Positions 20,520-29,469 of a DNA stretch of 64,000 bases are shown piece by piece. The stretch lies in the IMG/VR virus record IMGVR_UViG_3300017917_001342, positions 434,001 through 498,000 of that record, one strand, 5' to 3'. How positions within the stretch are numbered: the first letter of the stretch is position 1; every line of letters begins with the position of its first letter. The notes below the pieces were generated by a model that had not been told where the DNA came from, did not search any database, and saw only the letters and a program-made list of their open reading frames with translations. A program made the translations under genes and the position numbers.

Positions 20520-21922
20520 ACACTATGACAAACGATTTACCAAGTCCAACTTTTTGTGTATTACCTTGGATACACCTAAGCAGTAGACCAGACGGTGCTA
20601 TGCGTGTTTGCTGCACAGCCAATGCCAGCAGTGTTCAAGATCCTGACAGTACTAAAAAAAGCGGCGGCGGTCAGATAGGTGTACTACGCACTGCTGATGG
20701 TACACCAGCCAATCTCAACAACACTACACTAATGGAAGCGTGGAACAACGATTACATGCGCAATGTTAGAAAGATGATGTTGCGAGGCGAAAAACCACCT
20801 AGCTGTTTAAAGTGCTATAAAGAAGAAGCCGCAGGAGTACAAAGCAAACGCAATTGGGAAACTGCTTATTGGATAGGTCAGCTTGGTTTGGATGATATTA
20901 TAGGAGACACTGCCGAAGATGGATCTGTAAGTCCTAGAATACGTTATATAGATCTCAGACTTGGTAGCAAGTGTCAGCTGGCATGTGTAATGTGTAGTCC
21001 CCATGATTCCAGTGGGTGGGTCAAGGAATGGACACAGATGCATCCTCAGATTCAAAATCAACGTCTCAAAGAAAGTTGGAGTTGGGAAAACAAAGGCAAA
21101 GCCCATGGTGCCAGTTACAATTGGCATTTGAATAATCCTGTGTTTTGGGAACAGCTTTATGACCAAATACCGCATATGAAGCAGCTTTATTTTGCAGGCG
21201 GCGAAAGTACTATCATCGACAAGCACTATACACTGCTAGAAGAAGTAATTCGCAGAGGCTATGCCGATAAAATAGAATTGCGTTACAACAGCAACGCAGT
21301 TGAACTACCAAACAAATTGTTTATGCTTTGGGATCAGTTTAGAGAAGTAAAGTTTCATTTCAGTATTGATTCGATCGGTGCAAAAAACGATTATATCAGA
21401 TATCCCAGTAACTGGGACCAACTGGTTACCAATATGGAATTATTAGACAGCACTGCTGACAACATAACGGTGACCACTGCGGTAACAGTTATGGCATTGA
21501 ACATCTATTACATACCAGACATGATAAAGTGGAAAATGCAAAAGAATTTTAAAAAATTCAACGCATGGCCCAATGGTGCAGGAATGATAAATTGGCATTT
21601 AGCGTATTGGCCGCCACAATTAAATGTTAAGGTTTTGCCTAAGTGGGCAAAACAAATGGTTAGAGAAAAATTTGAAGAATTTTTTACATGGCTTGATGAA
21701 AATTGGAAACAAACAACAGGATTAGATGAAACAGTCAGTAAGGACACATTCATGTCTGCTGGGTATGGTATAAAGCGTTTACGAAGTCTACTAGACTTTA
21801 TGGATAGTGAAGATTGGAGTGAACGCATGCCTGAATTGCAAGAGTGGATATGTCTTATAGACAAACAGCGAAATCTTGATTTTAAACAGATATTTCCGGA
21901 GATGGCCGGATTATTAGATTGA
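20516..21922 (+). CDS. Radical SAM protein with N-terminal Cys-rich SPASM/twitch-like domain
   Basis: N-terminal FCVLPW...VCC...CLKCY; CQLACVMC; FAGGE; YNSN. Confidence 0.85.
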   Translation: MNTMTNDLPSPTFCVLPWIHLSSRPDGAMRVCCTANASSVQDPDSTKKSGGGQIGVLRTADGTPANLNNTTLMEAWNNDYMRNVRKMMLRGEKPPSCLKCYKEEAAGVQSKRNWETAYWIGQLGLDDIIGDTAEDGSVSPRIRYIDLRLGSKCQLACVMCSPHDSSGWVKEWTQMHPQIQNQRLKESWSWENKGKAHGASYNWHLNNPVFWEQLYDQIPHMKQLYFAGGESTIIDKHYTLLEEVIRRGYADKIELRYNSNAVELPNKLFMLWDQFREVKFHFSIDSIGAKNDYIRYPSNWDQLVTNMELLDSTADNITVTTAVTVMALNIYYIPDMIKWKMQKNFKKFNAWPNGAGMINWHLAYWPPQLNVKVLPKWAKQMVREKFEEFFTWLDENWKQTTGLDETVSKDTFMSAGYGIKRLRSLLDFMDSEDWSERMPELQEWICLIDKQRNLDFKQIFPEMAGLLD

Positions 21923-21955
21923 GGAAAAACATGCAATTTGGACTACCAGGTACCA

Positions 21956-21961
21956 TAAATA
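21956..21961 (+). promoter_or_regulatory. Late promoter core TAAATA
   Basis: ATAAATA lies upstream of an AAGGGG RBS and the ATG at 21991. Confidence 0.5.
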
Positions 21962-21990
21962 GTAGTGTAAGCTCGCAAGGGGTAACTGTT

Positions 21991-22413
21991 ATGGCAACTT
22001 CTCAAAAAAAGACCACTGCTGCTGACGAATACTGGAACGAGATATTCGATAGTTTAGTAATTGAAAACGAACCTCCAATTGAATACATTAAAAGGGTAAT
22101 AATCGTAACAAAAGATGGCAATCAGTACAAAGTAAGTGCTCAACATTTTGCTCAAATAATTGAACACGAAAAACACTTGCATCCAGATGAAAGTGAAATA
22201 CGCAGTTGTAAAATGAGCATAGACTATAACAAACTGCGATATGATGTAGAAAATTGGGCAGGCCAGCTTTTGAGTGATTTAGAAGGTGTGCCGTTTGAAA
22301 AAGAACAGCCAGTTAAACCTACGAGAAAACCTAGAGCAGTTAAATCAAAACCTGAGACTGCCGAAGAACAACCGACAAAAACACGTCGTAATAAACCTAA
22401 GCCGTCAGAGTAA
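21991..22413 (+). CDS. Hypothetical protein with basic K/P/R-rich C-terminal tail
   Basis: Start moved from the track's 21919 to the ATG at 21991, which has an RBS and late promoter. Confidence 0.65.
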   Translation: MATSQKKTTAADEYWNEIFDSLVIENEPPIEYIKRVIIVTKDGNQYKVSAQHFAQIIEHEKHLHPDESEIRSCKMSIDYNKLRYDVENWAGQLLSDLEGVPFEKEQPVKPTRKPRAVKSKPETAEEQPTKTRRNKPKPSE

Positions 22414-23640
22414 CGGCTTAGGTAACCATTTTGCCAGCAATGGCATTGATTCGTGTACGTCACGTTTGAATAGTTTGTCTTCTAAATAGACACTGTTAGC
22501 AAAATCCTGCCATGTTGGTATACCCATTGAAGGTAAGCCATAAGGTAATTCGTTTATGTCACCCAACATGTAATTAATTGGATGACTACCCACTGCTTTA
22601 GCCCGTGCATATTTCACAGGGTCGTTTATACTAGCAAGATAATCATTCCACTTTGACAAAATCTCCTGTTTAACTTCGTCCGGTGCAACTCTTGGGCTTA
22701 TTATCAATGGTGACTGTACTATTGCACTGCTTAGATCTATTGACAAATTGTTATCATAGAGATAGTCTATAGTTTCAGATAGATAAAACAATTGATACAC
22801 ACTACAGGTTATCTCAGAGTATACATCATACCCTGCTGCACGAAATGCTCTCATGTTTTTTTCAACAACTGACCAATTGGCACCTTGTCTGAAATAATTG
22901 TAACGTTCTAACACCCCATCGGTGCTAACAACTACTACAACCTTTTTGAATTTTTTCCAAAGATCAAACACGTTGTATTTTTTATACTCTGTAACTGTGC
23001 CATTGGTTACATATAACAGTTGTATGTGTGCAGCATGCTCTTCTGGTATTGCTGCGATAAATTCATAATGCTGTTGCTGATACAGTGTTTCACCTCCTGC
23101 AAATGATATGTGCATGAGATTAGGAACTAGATTTTTTAAAATGTCGTCTATGTATTCCTGTCGTAGATTTTTTCCGTCAACTGGTTCTGCATCCTGCCAT
23201 AATAACGGTTGCCATAGCGTCGGATTGCGCTTTAGCAATGCTGCCCATTTGCTGCTGTATGCAGGGCTGCAATGCCTGCATGACAAATTGCATTCGTTGC
23301 CAAATCTAATTTCGATAGTTTTTAAATGCGATATTTCGCCAGTAGTATGGTCATAGTCATTGAGATTTAATCCAAATTCAGGATGCTGCAACCCTTCAAG
23401 TCTTGTACTAATAAGACCACTGGCTTCAAAATCTCTGCACGACCCGCAGCCTTCTGGCCACTCACCGTTCATCAATGTCTGTCTATGAGTTCTTGCTTCT
23501 TGCGAATTAACAATTTCACTCATTAATTGTTGTTTATGATCACCTAGTTTGGCGACACATCTAAAACACGACGATACGCGGTCTTGTTGTAGTTGATGGT
23601 TTAGATGTCCTAATGCATATGCACAGATTTTTGGAGTCAT
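22405..23640 (-). CDS. Radical SAM protein with N-terminal Cys-rich domain
   Basis: N-terminal C...SSCFRC...CGSC; CNLSCRHC; FAGGE; VTNGT; STDG. Confidence 0.85.
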   Translation of the reverse strand: MTPKICAYALGHLNHQLQQDRVSSCFRCVAKLGDHKQQLMSEIVNSQEARTHRQTLMNGEWPEGCGSCRDFEASGLISTRLEGLQHPEFGLNLNDYDHTTGEISHLKTIEIRFGNECNLSCRHCSPAYSSKWAALLKRNPTLWQPLLWQDAEPVDGKNLRQEYIDDILKNLVPNLMHISFAGGETLYQQQHYEFIAAIPEEHAAHIQLLYVTNGTVTEYKKYNVFDLWKKFKKVVVVVSTDGVLERYNYFRQGANWSVVEKNMRAFRAAGYDVYSEITCSVYQLFYLSETIDYLYDNNLSIDLSSAIVQSPLIISPRVAPDEVKQEILSKWNDYLASINDPVKYARAKAVGSHPINYMLGDINELPYGLPSMGIPTWQDFANSVYLEDKLFKRDVHESMPLLAKWLPKPLL

Positions 23641-23684
23641 GCTGATATTTGATATCCGAATTGATTGATATATTATGTATGTCG

Positions 23685-23702
23685 TTATAAACTAGTTTAT
23701 AA
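23685..23702. promoter_or_regulatory. 18-bp perfect palindrome TTATAAACTAGTTTATAA between divergent genes
   Basis: Equals its own reverse complement; lies between the radical SAM gene (-) and the queF-like gene (+). Confidence 0.6.
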
Positions 23703-23720
23703 AAATCAGCAGGCAAATTA

Positions 23721-24116
23721 ATGAAATTATGGCAATCCATCGAAAATACTTTAAAGTCTCTACCAAACGCAGCAGAAGGCTATGAGCAGCAAATAGACAT
23801 ACCTGAATTTACATTTCTTGGTGTAAAGAATCAGCCAGATTTTGGACATATTAAAATATGGTTTCATGGCAAAGAAAAAACCATTGAACTCAAAAGCCTA
23901 AAAGAATATCTGCTGCAATATCGAGACACTGTTATCAGCTACGAACGTGCAACAGATGTAATGTATAAACATCTAATGGAAGCCTATGCTCCGTTTAGAT
24001 TGCGTATGGAAATTGCGTTTAGGCCGCGCGGTGGCATCAGCAGTAAAATGGTAGTAGACAGCGATTGGGGTCATCTAGGTGGCACTGATAAACTTTGGCA
24101 ACATCACAAGGACTAA
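23721..24116 (+). CDS. queF: QueF-family T-fold protein lacking the catalytic Cys
   Basis: PEFT, QPDF, ELKSLKEY, SYE and PRGGIS align with B. subtilis-type QueF, but EFTSLCP reads EFTFLGV. Confidence 0.75.
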   Translation: MKLWQSIENTLKSLPNAAEGYEQQIDIPEFTFLGVKNQPDFGHIKIWFHGKEKTIELKSLKEYLLQYRDTVISYERATDVMYKHLMEAYAPFRLRMEIAFRPRGGISSKMVVDSDWGHLGGTDKLWQHHKD

Positions 24117-24119
24117 GCT

Positions 24120-24605
24120 ATGATACGTGCAATACTAGCCTGCGACGACAACTGGGGCATTGGTAAAAATGGCACACTGCCTTGGCCACATAACAGTGCA
24201 GATCTCAAATGGTTTAAAGAATCAACAACAGGTGGCGTTGTTGTTATGGGTAAAACTACCTGGGACAGTTTACCAGAAAAAAGTAAACCATTGCCGAACA
24301 GAAATAACATTGTGGTTACATCATCTATTAAAGATAAAGATGGCCCGTATCATTTTGTTAAGTTTGAAAATGCCAAAGACCATATTGTGTCTATGAGTAA
24401 ACTACAACCAGTTTGGATCATCGGTGGTGCAAAATTAGTTGAAAGCATGATAGATATTATGGATGAACTTTGGTTAAATCGAATCGCTGGTAACTTTGAC
24501 TGTGATACCTTTTTGCCAAGCGAGTTAATAATGAGACAGTTTGTGCAAGCAGATGTTGCACAACATAATACTGAATTAAACATAACACGATGGGTTAGGA
24601 GATAA
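24120..24605 (+). CDS. folA: Dihydrofolate reductase
   Basis: GIGKNGTLPW...DLKWFK, VVMGKTTWDSL, PLPNRNNIVV, WIIGGA, CDTF. Confidence 0.95.
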   Translation: MIRAILACDDNWGIGKNGTLPWPHNSADLKWFKESTTGGVVVMGKTTWDSLPEKSKPLPNRNNIVVTSSIKDKDGPYHFVKFENAKDHIVSMSKLQPVWIIGGAKLVESMIDIMDELWLNRIAGNFDCDTFLPSELIMRQFVQADVAQHNTELNITRWVRR

Positions 24606-24606
24606 C

Positions 24607-25452
24607 ATGCAAAATTACTTAGACTTATTGCAAAAAATATTAGACCGTGGTATAGACAGTGCCGATCGTACAGGTGTAGGTACTAGAAGCCTGTTTGCTG
24701 AACAGCTACGCTTTGATCTTAAACAGGGATTTCCTGCTGTAACTACTAAAAAGTTAGCATGGAAATCAATGGTAGCAGAACTGCTATGGTTCCTCGAAGG
24801 CACAGGCGACGAACGCAGACTTGCTGAAATACAACACGGTACACGTAAGCCAGAAAAGACCACAATATGGACTGCAAATGCCAATGCAGACTACTGGAAA
24901 CCCAAAGCACGCTATGAAGGTGACCTTGGTCGTGTCTACGGTGTACAGTGGCGCAACTGGCGCAAAGTTGATGGTTGGAAAACTGTCGATCAACTTAAGA
25001 ACTTGATCGAAGGCTTGCAGAACGACCCAACTGGCCGCAGACATATTATAAGTGCATGGAACCCAGGTGAAATTGATCAAATGGCATTGCCTCCGTGTCA
25101 TATGATGGCACAGTTCTACATTAGGAACAATCAGCTAAGTTGCCAAATGTATCAGCGTAGCTGTGATGCATTTTTGGGATTGCCCTTTAACATTGCCAGC
25201 TACGCACTGCTTACTCATTTGATTGCAAAAACCATAGGTGCAGAAGTTAATGAACTCATCATCACGCTTGGCGATGTGCATATCTATAACAATCACTTTG
25301 ATGCAGTGACTACACAGTTATCAAGGACACCATATGCATTGCCAAAACTGCATATTGCAGACTCTGCAACAGTATGGAACTCTAAACTTGATGACTTTAC
25401 ACTAGTTGATTATCAGCATCATCCTGCTATACAAGCAGAGATGGCGGTATAA
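24607..25452 (+). CDS. thyA: Thymidylate synthase
   Basis: DRTGVGT, ELLWFL, GRVYGVQWR, MALPPCH, QRSCDAFLGLPFNIASY, HIYNNH. Confidence 0.97.
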   Translation: MQNYLDLLQKILDRGIDSADRTGVGTRSLFAEQLRFDLKQGFPAVTTKKLAWKSMVAELLWFLEGTGDERRLAEIQHGTRKPEKTTIWTANANADYWKPKARYEGDLGRVYGVQWRNWRKVDGWKTVDQLKNLIEGLQNDPTGRRHIISAWNPGEIDQMALPPCHMMAQFYIRNNQLSCQMYQRSCDAFLGLPFNIASYALLTHLIAKTIGAEVNELIITLGDVHIYNNHFDAVTTQLSRTPYALPKLHIADSATVWNSKLDDFTLVDYQHHPAIQAEMAV

Positions 25453-25453
25453 G

Positions 25454-25481
25454 AAAAAGGACGGTAAAACCGTCCTTTTTT
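25454..25481. terminator. Bidirectional rho-independent terminator
   Basis: AAAAA-GGACGGT-AAA-ACCGTCC-TTTTTT between convergent genes. Confidence 0.9.
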
Positions 25482-25499
25482 CCTAACTATTTCAAAGAT

Positions 25500-26225
25500 T
25501 TATTTTTTAGCTAATACAGATGTTTTGCGTTGTACAGCAGGTGCTTTTGCAGGCGTAGCAGCTTTAGTAGCAGCCTTTGCAGCAGCTTTGGTCACTGTGG
25601 GTACTGCAACAGTTTCCTCGGCTTTAACAGACTTATTTGCAGGGTTTAACGTGGGGTCTATTCTGTATGCTTCTGCACGTTTACTAACAGCATCTGCTTC
25701 TAGCATTTCTGCCATACGTATTAGATTCCTTGCTGATTCAGCCTGACCTTCTGCGGTAGTGCCTTCCATGTTGGTCTTATGCACATTGAACTTGCCCATT
25801 TCTGCAATGACCTGTGCTCTAGTCACGGGATCTAGATCATTAAGGTCTGCGGGTGTTTCCGTTTCAACTTGTTTCATAGTTTCAAGTATCTGACGAAGTG
25901 GGAACTTCATACCACGACGCGGGGTCATGTGTACTAGATCAACCGGCACTTTCATTAGTCGCTGACTTACATGAAGCTTTTGTAGCATAGTTTGTCCACT
26001 GCCATCTGGACTAGGTCTACGACCAAGAATGTCGCCTAGATCCTTTGCTTGTTGACCTTCTACACTTTCAACAATACGACGCAGTGCTTCGTTGTATTGA
26101 TCTGGTAATGCGTCGGTATCAATTACCAATGCATTTTCTTCGTCTTGTGGCAAACTCATGAACACAACTACAACGTTCTTGCCTGTATTTTCGAGCATGC
26201 CTATATGTTTAAGCATATCAGCCAT
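25500..26225 (-). CDS. Hypothetical protein (241 aa) with A/K/T-rich tail
   Basis: Clean ORF overlapping its upstream neighbour. Confidence 0.75.
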   Translation of the reverse strand: MADMLKHIGMLENTGKNVVVVFMSLPQDEENALVIDTDALPDQYNEALRRIVESVEGQQAKDLGDILGRRPSPDGSGQTMLQKLHVSQRLMKVPVDLVHMTPRRGMKFPLRQILETMKQVETETPADLNDLDPVTRAQVIAEMGKFNVHKTNMEGTTAEGQAESARNLIRMAEMLEADAVSKRAEAYRIDPTLNPANKSVKAEETVAVPTVTKAAAKAATKAATPAKAPAVQRKTSVLAKK

Positions 26226-26442
26226 TGACTTGTTGACCTTCCTGTTGTGCTGCGTTCAATGCAATAGCATTGTCTACAAAGCGTTTAAATTTGTTGTAAA
26301 GTTGTCCTACTGGTTCTAGCTCGGGTCCACGGAATGCACCTCGGCTGCTAGCTAGATCCAATACTGAAATGATGTTTTGCAAATCAGTTAGCGTGATAGA
26401 TGCTTCTTCTGATTGCTGTTCAGTTACTGGTTGATCGTTCAT
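26218..26442 (-). CDS. Hypothetical protein (74 aa)
   Basis: AAGGAG RBS; ITLTDL...ASSRGAF...VGQLYNK. Confidence 0.75.
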   Translation of the reverse strand: MNDQPVTEQQSEEASITLTDLQNIISVLDLASSRGAFRGPELEPVGQLYNKFKRFVDNAIALNAAQQEGQQVNG

Positions 26443-26517
26443 ATAATTCTCCTTGACACACCGAGTCTAAAAATTATTGACTATAATCTAGTCGGAGGTC
26501 AAATTAATTTATCGGAA

Positions 26518-26703
26518 TTATACTATACTATTATAGATATGCATCGCATAATGGCCTAAAAAACCAAAAGATCCTAGAAACGACACAGTGCTGACAACTA
26601 AATCGTTGTGAAATTTTTCACATAATATACCAACGCAGCCGGCTACGATGAACACAGCAAATAACAAAGCAAACATACCGAGGTACTTCAACATTTTACG
26701 CAT
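26518..26703 (-). CDS. Small membrane protein (two hydrophobic segments)
   Basis: 61 aa; preceded by TATAAATA (26739-26746, minus strand). Confidence 0.55.
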   Translation of the reverse strand: MRKMLKYLGMFALLFAVFIVAGCVGILCEKFHNDLVVSTVSFLGSFGFLGHYAMHIYNSIV

Positions 26704-26738
26704 CGCATAACTCGCCCCATTAACATATGGTATTAAAC

Positions 26739-26746
26739 TATTTATA
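26739..26746 (-). promoter_or_regulatory. T4 late promoter consensus TATAAATA
   Basis: Exact match upstream of the 26703 start. Confidence 0.6.
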
Positions 26747-26757
26747 GTACGAGTTAA

Positions 26758-26783
26758 ATGTACCGCCTAATGTGGCGGTACAT
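26758..26783 (-). terminator. Stem-loop, probable terminator
   Basis: ATGTACCGCC-TAATGT-GGCGGTACAT, a 10-bp stem just after the stop at 26788; short U tract. Confidence 0.6.
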
Positions 26784-26787
26784 CTAG

Positions 26788-27015
26788 TTACTGTTTTTGC
26801 GACAATGCAGATCGTTGCTGTAGGGCTTTAATAGCATCAGCAATGACACGTTGATCGTCTGGACGCATGTCATTGATAGATTTAGGCATTCTTGGTGCAC
26901 CTAGCTGTGTCAGTATTTGACCAATCCTTGCCCAATCGCAGCACTGCTTATCATCTTGCAGATCGCCGCTTGCTATCATCATTTCTCTACCTAGATTCAT
27001 ATGGTCCATTTTCAT
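26788..27015 (-). CDS. Hypothetical protein (75 aa)
   Basis: AGGAG RBS; tightly packed ORF. Confidence 0.65.
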   Translation of the reverse strand: MKMDHMNLGREMMIASGDLQDDKQCCDWARIGQILTQLGAPRMPKSINDMRPDDQRVIADAIKALQQRSALSQKQ

Positions 27016-27018
27016 CTC

Positions 27019-27282
27019 CTAGTGGCTAAGTACAAATCTCAATGCATCTTCCTGTTTAGAAAATCTTATCTTAACAGTATCGTAATTCTTCTTTTTGTAT
27101 TTTGTATCGTTTGACTCTGTTAGTATTGCAGCATCTGGGTATTCCATTTGCAAGTGCATTTCTAAAATAGCCATAGCGAAGCTGTCGCAGTTAACAAGCT
27201 CTACCACCACGTCATTGCCTTGTAACTTTGTACCTAGTATCAATCCAGACTTATGAATTTCTTGGCCCATGTATCGGCCCAT
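27019..27282 (-). CDS. Hypothetical protein (about 87 aa, start uncertain)
   Basis: Fills the operon gap. Confidence 0.55.
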   Translation of the reverse strand: MGRYMGQEIHKSGLILGTKLQGNDVVVELVNCDSFAMAILEMHLQMEYPDAAILTESNDTKYKKKNYDTVKIRFSKQEDALRFVLSH

Positions 27283-27512
27283 TCGTCTAGGTGTTCTTCT
27301 AAGTACTGTACTCCCTGTGCGCTGTGCAAGCTAGGTGTTTTAGCAATGGTGTTTGCAATAACTGCTGGCAACTGTCCTTCTATCATATCCATAACACGCT
27401 TTCGTTCTGCGCTATTGATATCTTTACTCCAGTGCGCAAGTCTTTCTGCTACCATTACACTGAGCTGAGCAGTGAGTTGCATAAGCTGCGGTTTAAATTC
27501 TCCCGGTGTCAA
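27240..27512 (-). CDS. Hypothetical protein (90 aa)
   Basis: 4-bp overlap with the upstream stop codon. Confidence 0.65.
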   Translation of the reverse strand: MTPGEFKPQLMQLTAQLSVMVAERLAHWSKDINSAERKRVMDMIEGQLPAVIANTIAKTPSLHSAQGVQYLEEHLDEWADTWAKKFISLD

Positions 27513-27712
27513 CGTGATTCTCCTGATCGGTTGTGAACAAAGCCATTGTTCTTACATAGTATATCTATCCGATCTTTGAGCATGAGTTTTTGTTTTTTTA
27601 ACTCATGAACTTCAATAGTGTCATAACCAGGGTGTGCAGTTAGATGTTTGATCTGTTCGTCTAACACCTTGTGTTCTTTTACAAGACGATCTAGATGACC
27701 TTCTATACTCAT
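27509..27712 (-). CDS. DUF465/YdcH-like coiled-coil protein
   Basis: HLDRLVKEHKVLDEQI...ELKKQKLMLKDRI; AAGGAG RBS. Confidence 0.65.
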   Translation of the reverse strand: MSIEGHLDRLVKEHKVLDEQIKHLTAHPGYDTIEVHELKKQKLMLKDRIDILCKNNGFVHNRSGESR

Positions 27713-27763
27713 GCTGAGATTCTCCTTTAACAGCTATCAAAGTATAACCGCAGAAATAGAGAA

Positions 27764-28072
27764 TCACGAATATTTCAGTCGCGCTTCCATAAAAAGAGGG
27801 CAGTTATCGTCGAAGTCTAAACCGTATGCAGCACTACCAGATCCATCACCTAGATCGGGTAGCGACCATAGATCTACTTTCCAATTTTTAGTCTTTGCCC
27901 ATTTGATCAAATATGGCAAACCTCTGCGATAATCTGCTAGATATTTTTTAAATGTGTGGGAGATCTTAATGTCATGATCGCTACAAAAGTCTGCAATCAT
28001 GTTTTCAAGTATGCTGTTGACTACATCATGACCGCGACCTAAACTGGTCTTGCTGTGCATATTACACTTCAT
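27764..28072 (-). CDS. Hypothetical protein (about 100 aa)
   Basis: Fills the gap on the operon strand. Confidence 0.55.
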   Translation of the reverse strand: MKCNMHSKTSLGRGHDVVNSILENMIADFCSDHDIKISHTFKKYLADYRRGLPYLIKWAKTKNWKVDLWSLPDLGDGSGSAAYGLDFDDNCPLFMEARLKYS

Positions 28073-28102
28073 GATAACCCCAATTGGTAATAGTGCAGTC
28101 TC

Positions 28103-29386
28103 TTACGAGACTGCACCGATTTCACTAACACCTTCTGCGTGATCGTAGTAAGCATACTCGCCGAACGGCGGCTTAACACGAGTCTTAGCACCTTCTGTGA
28201 TAACCCACAGCGTGTCGCAGTAGTTTTCGGGACCCCAAGTACCAAACGGATAACCGTCGGTGAACACCACAGCCTTCTTAGGCTCAATGTCGTTCTCCAT
28301 CCAGTAATTCCAGAACGCCATGAAGTCAGTGCCGCCGCCACCTTTGCATTCGTAGCTAAGCAGATCATCAGCAGTGTCCTTGGTAAACACCTGATAGTTG
28401 TAGGTCTGCGTATCGAAGCAGATGATGCTGATAGTAAAGTCGTTGTAGCAGCTCATCATACCGTAGACTTCGCTAAGGAAATCCTTGGCCATACGATCGC
28501 TGATAGACCCCGACATGTCAATTGCAACTGCAATGTCAATAGTCTCATCCTTGTCAAGCACAGGAAGGAACACACCTGAATACATGTGCTTACGGTTAGG
28601 ACGCATCCAAGTAAAGTCATCAGTGATGCAGCTTTGGATGTTTTGTTGCAGCAGATCGCGCCAGCTGATCTTAGGCTCAACAAGATCGTCAATCAGTCGC
28701 TGCATGCTAGCAGGCATCTTACCCGCAGCAGCCTGCGCAGCTTGCAGAACCTTGTTCTTGAATTCGTCACGGATCTTCTTGAGATCTTCTTCGCTGATCT
28801 TAATGGGATTGCCATTGCCATCAACAGGCTGCTTACCACCTTTACCGTTCTTGTTGTTACCGTCCTTACCCATTTCAAGGTGAACGTCGAGTGTCATCTG
28901 CTTCTTGACCTTGCGCTTTTCAAGATCGTCATACACAGCTTCTGACGTCCAACCAAGATAGCGTTCGTCGTAAAGACCAACACGCTGGTTAGTTTCGCCG
29001 TTTTCATCAACGTCCATTACCTTCTTAGTAGGCATCTTACCGATCTTGTCAGTAGTCAGCATACCGTTGATAATGTAGTCGTTGGCCATGTTCCACCAGC
29101 TGGGATCACGATGTGTACGACGACCAAAGTGATCAAGTGCAACGTGCAGCACTTCGTGACACAGAACGAACACGATCTCATCGACATCCAGTTCTGCGAA
29201 AAACTCACGGTTGAAGTAGATGTTACGGCCATCAACCGCAGCAGTCTTACACCAACCCGAATCAGTTGCATCAACGAGCGGCAGTTGCATAGTCAGCGTA
29301 CCAAAGAACGGCTGCGAGAACAGCAGTTTAAGCCGTGCCTGGCTGATCTTCTTCTTAACAGCTTCTTTGTTAACAGTCATTGCCAT
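28103..29386 (-). CDS. DUF2201-type metallopeptidase-like/VWA domain protein
   Basis: HEVLH (HExxH); MIDAS motif DMSGS; GGGGTDF; VFTDGY; GGAGGA RBS. Confidence 0.85.
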   Translation of the reverse strand: MAMTVNKEAVKKKISQARLKLLFSQPFFGTLTMQLPLVDATDSGWCKTAAVDGRNIYFNREFFAELDVDEIVFVLCHEVLHVALDHFGRRTHRDPSWWNMANDYIINGMLTTDKIGKMPTKKVMDVDENGETNQRVGLYDERYLGWTSEAVYDDLEKRKVKKQMTLDVHLEMGKDGNNKNGKGGKQPVDGNGNPIKISEEDLKKIRDEFKNKVLQAAQAAAGKMPASMQRLIDDLVEPKISWRDLLQQNIQSCITDDFTWMRPNRKHMYSGVFLPVLDKDETIDIAVAIDMSGSISDRMAKDFLSEVYGMMSCYNDFTISIICFDTQTYNYQVFTKDTADDLLSYECKGGGGTDFMAFWNYWMENDIEPKKAVVFTDGYPFGTWGPENYCDTLWVITEGAKTRVKPPFGEYAYYDHAEGVSEIGAVS

Positions 29387-29424
29387 GTTTTAGTCCTCCT
29401 ATACACCGCATAATAGCATAGATT

Positions 29425-29454
29425 AAACGAGCGTCAATCACAATGACGCTCGTT
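29425..29454 (-). terminator. 12-bp stem-loop between the AAA+ and VWA genes
   Basis: AAACGAGCGTCA-ATCACAA-TGACGCTCGTTT. Confidence 0.6.
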
Positions 29455-29469
29455 TTGTTGTCGTTGATC

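Noticed and set aside
23670-23720. PreQ1-I riboswitch upstream of the queF-like gene
   Set aside because: The stem has only a 4-nt loop and lacks the larger ligand-binding loop; it is better described as a DNA palindrome.
28139-28945. Several 120-150-aa plus-strand ORFs over the VWA gene
   Set aside because: Shadow ORFs of the same high-GC, codon-biased gene.
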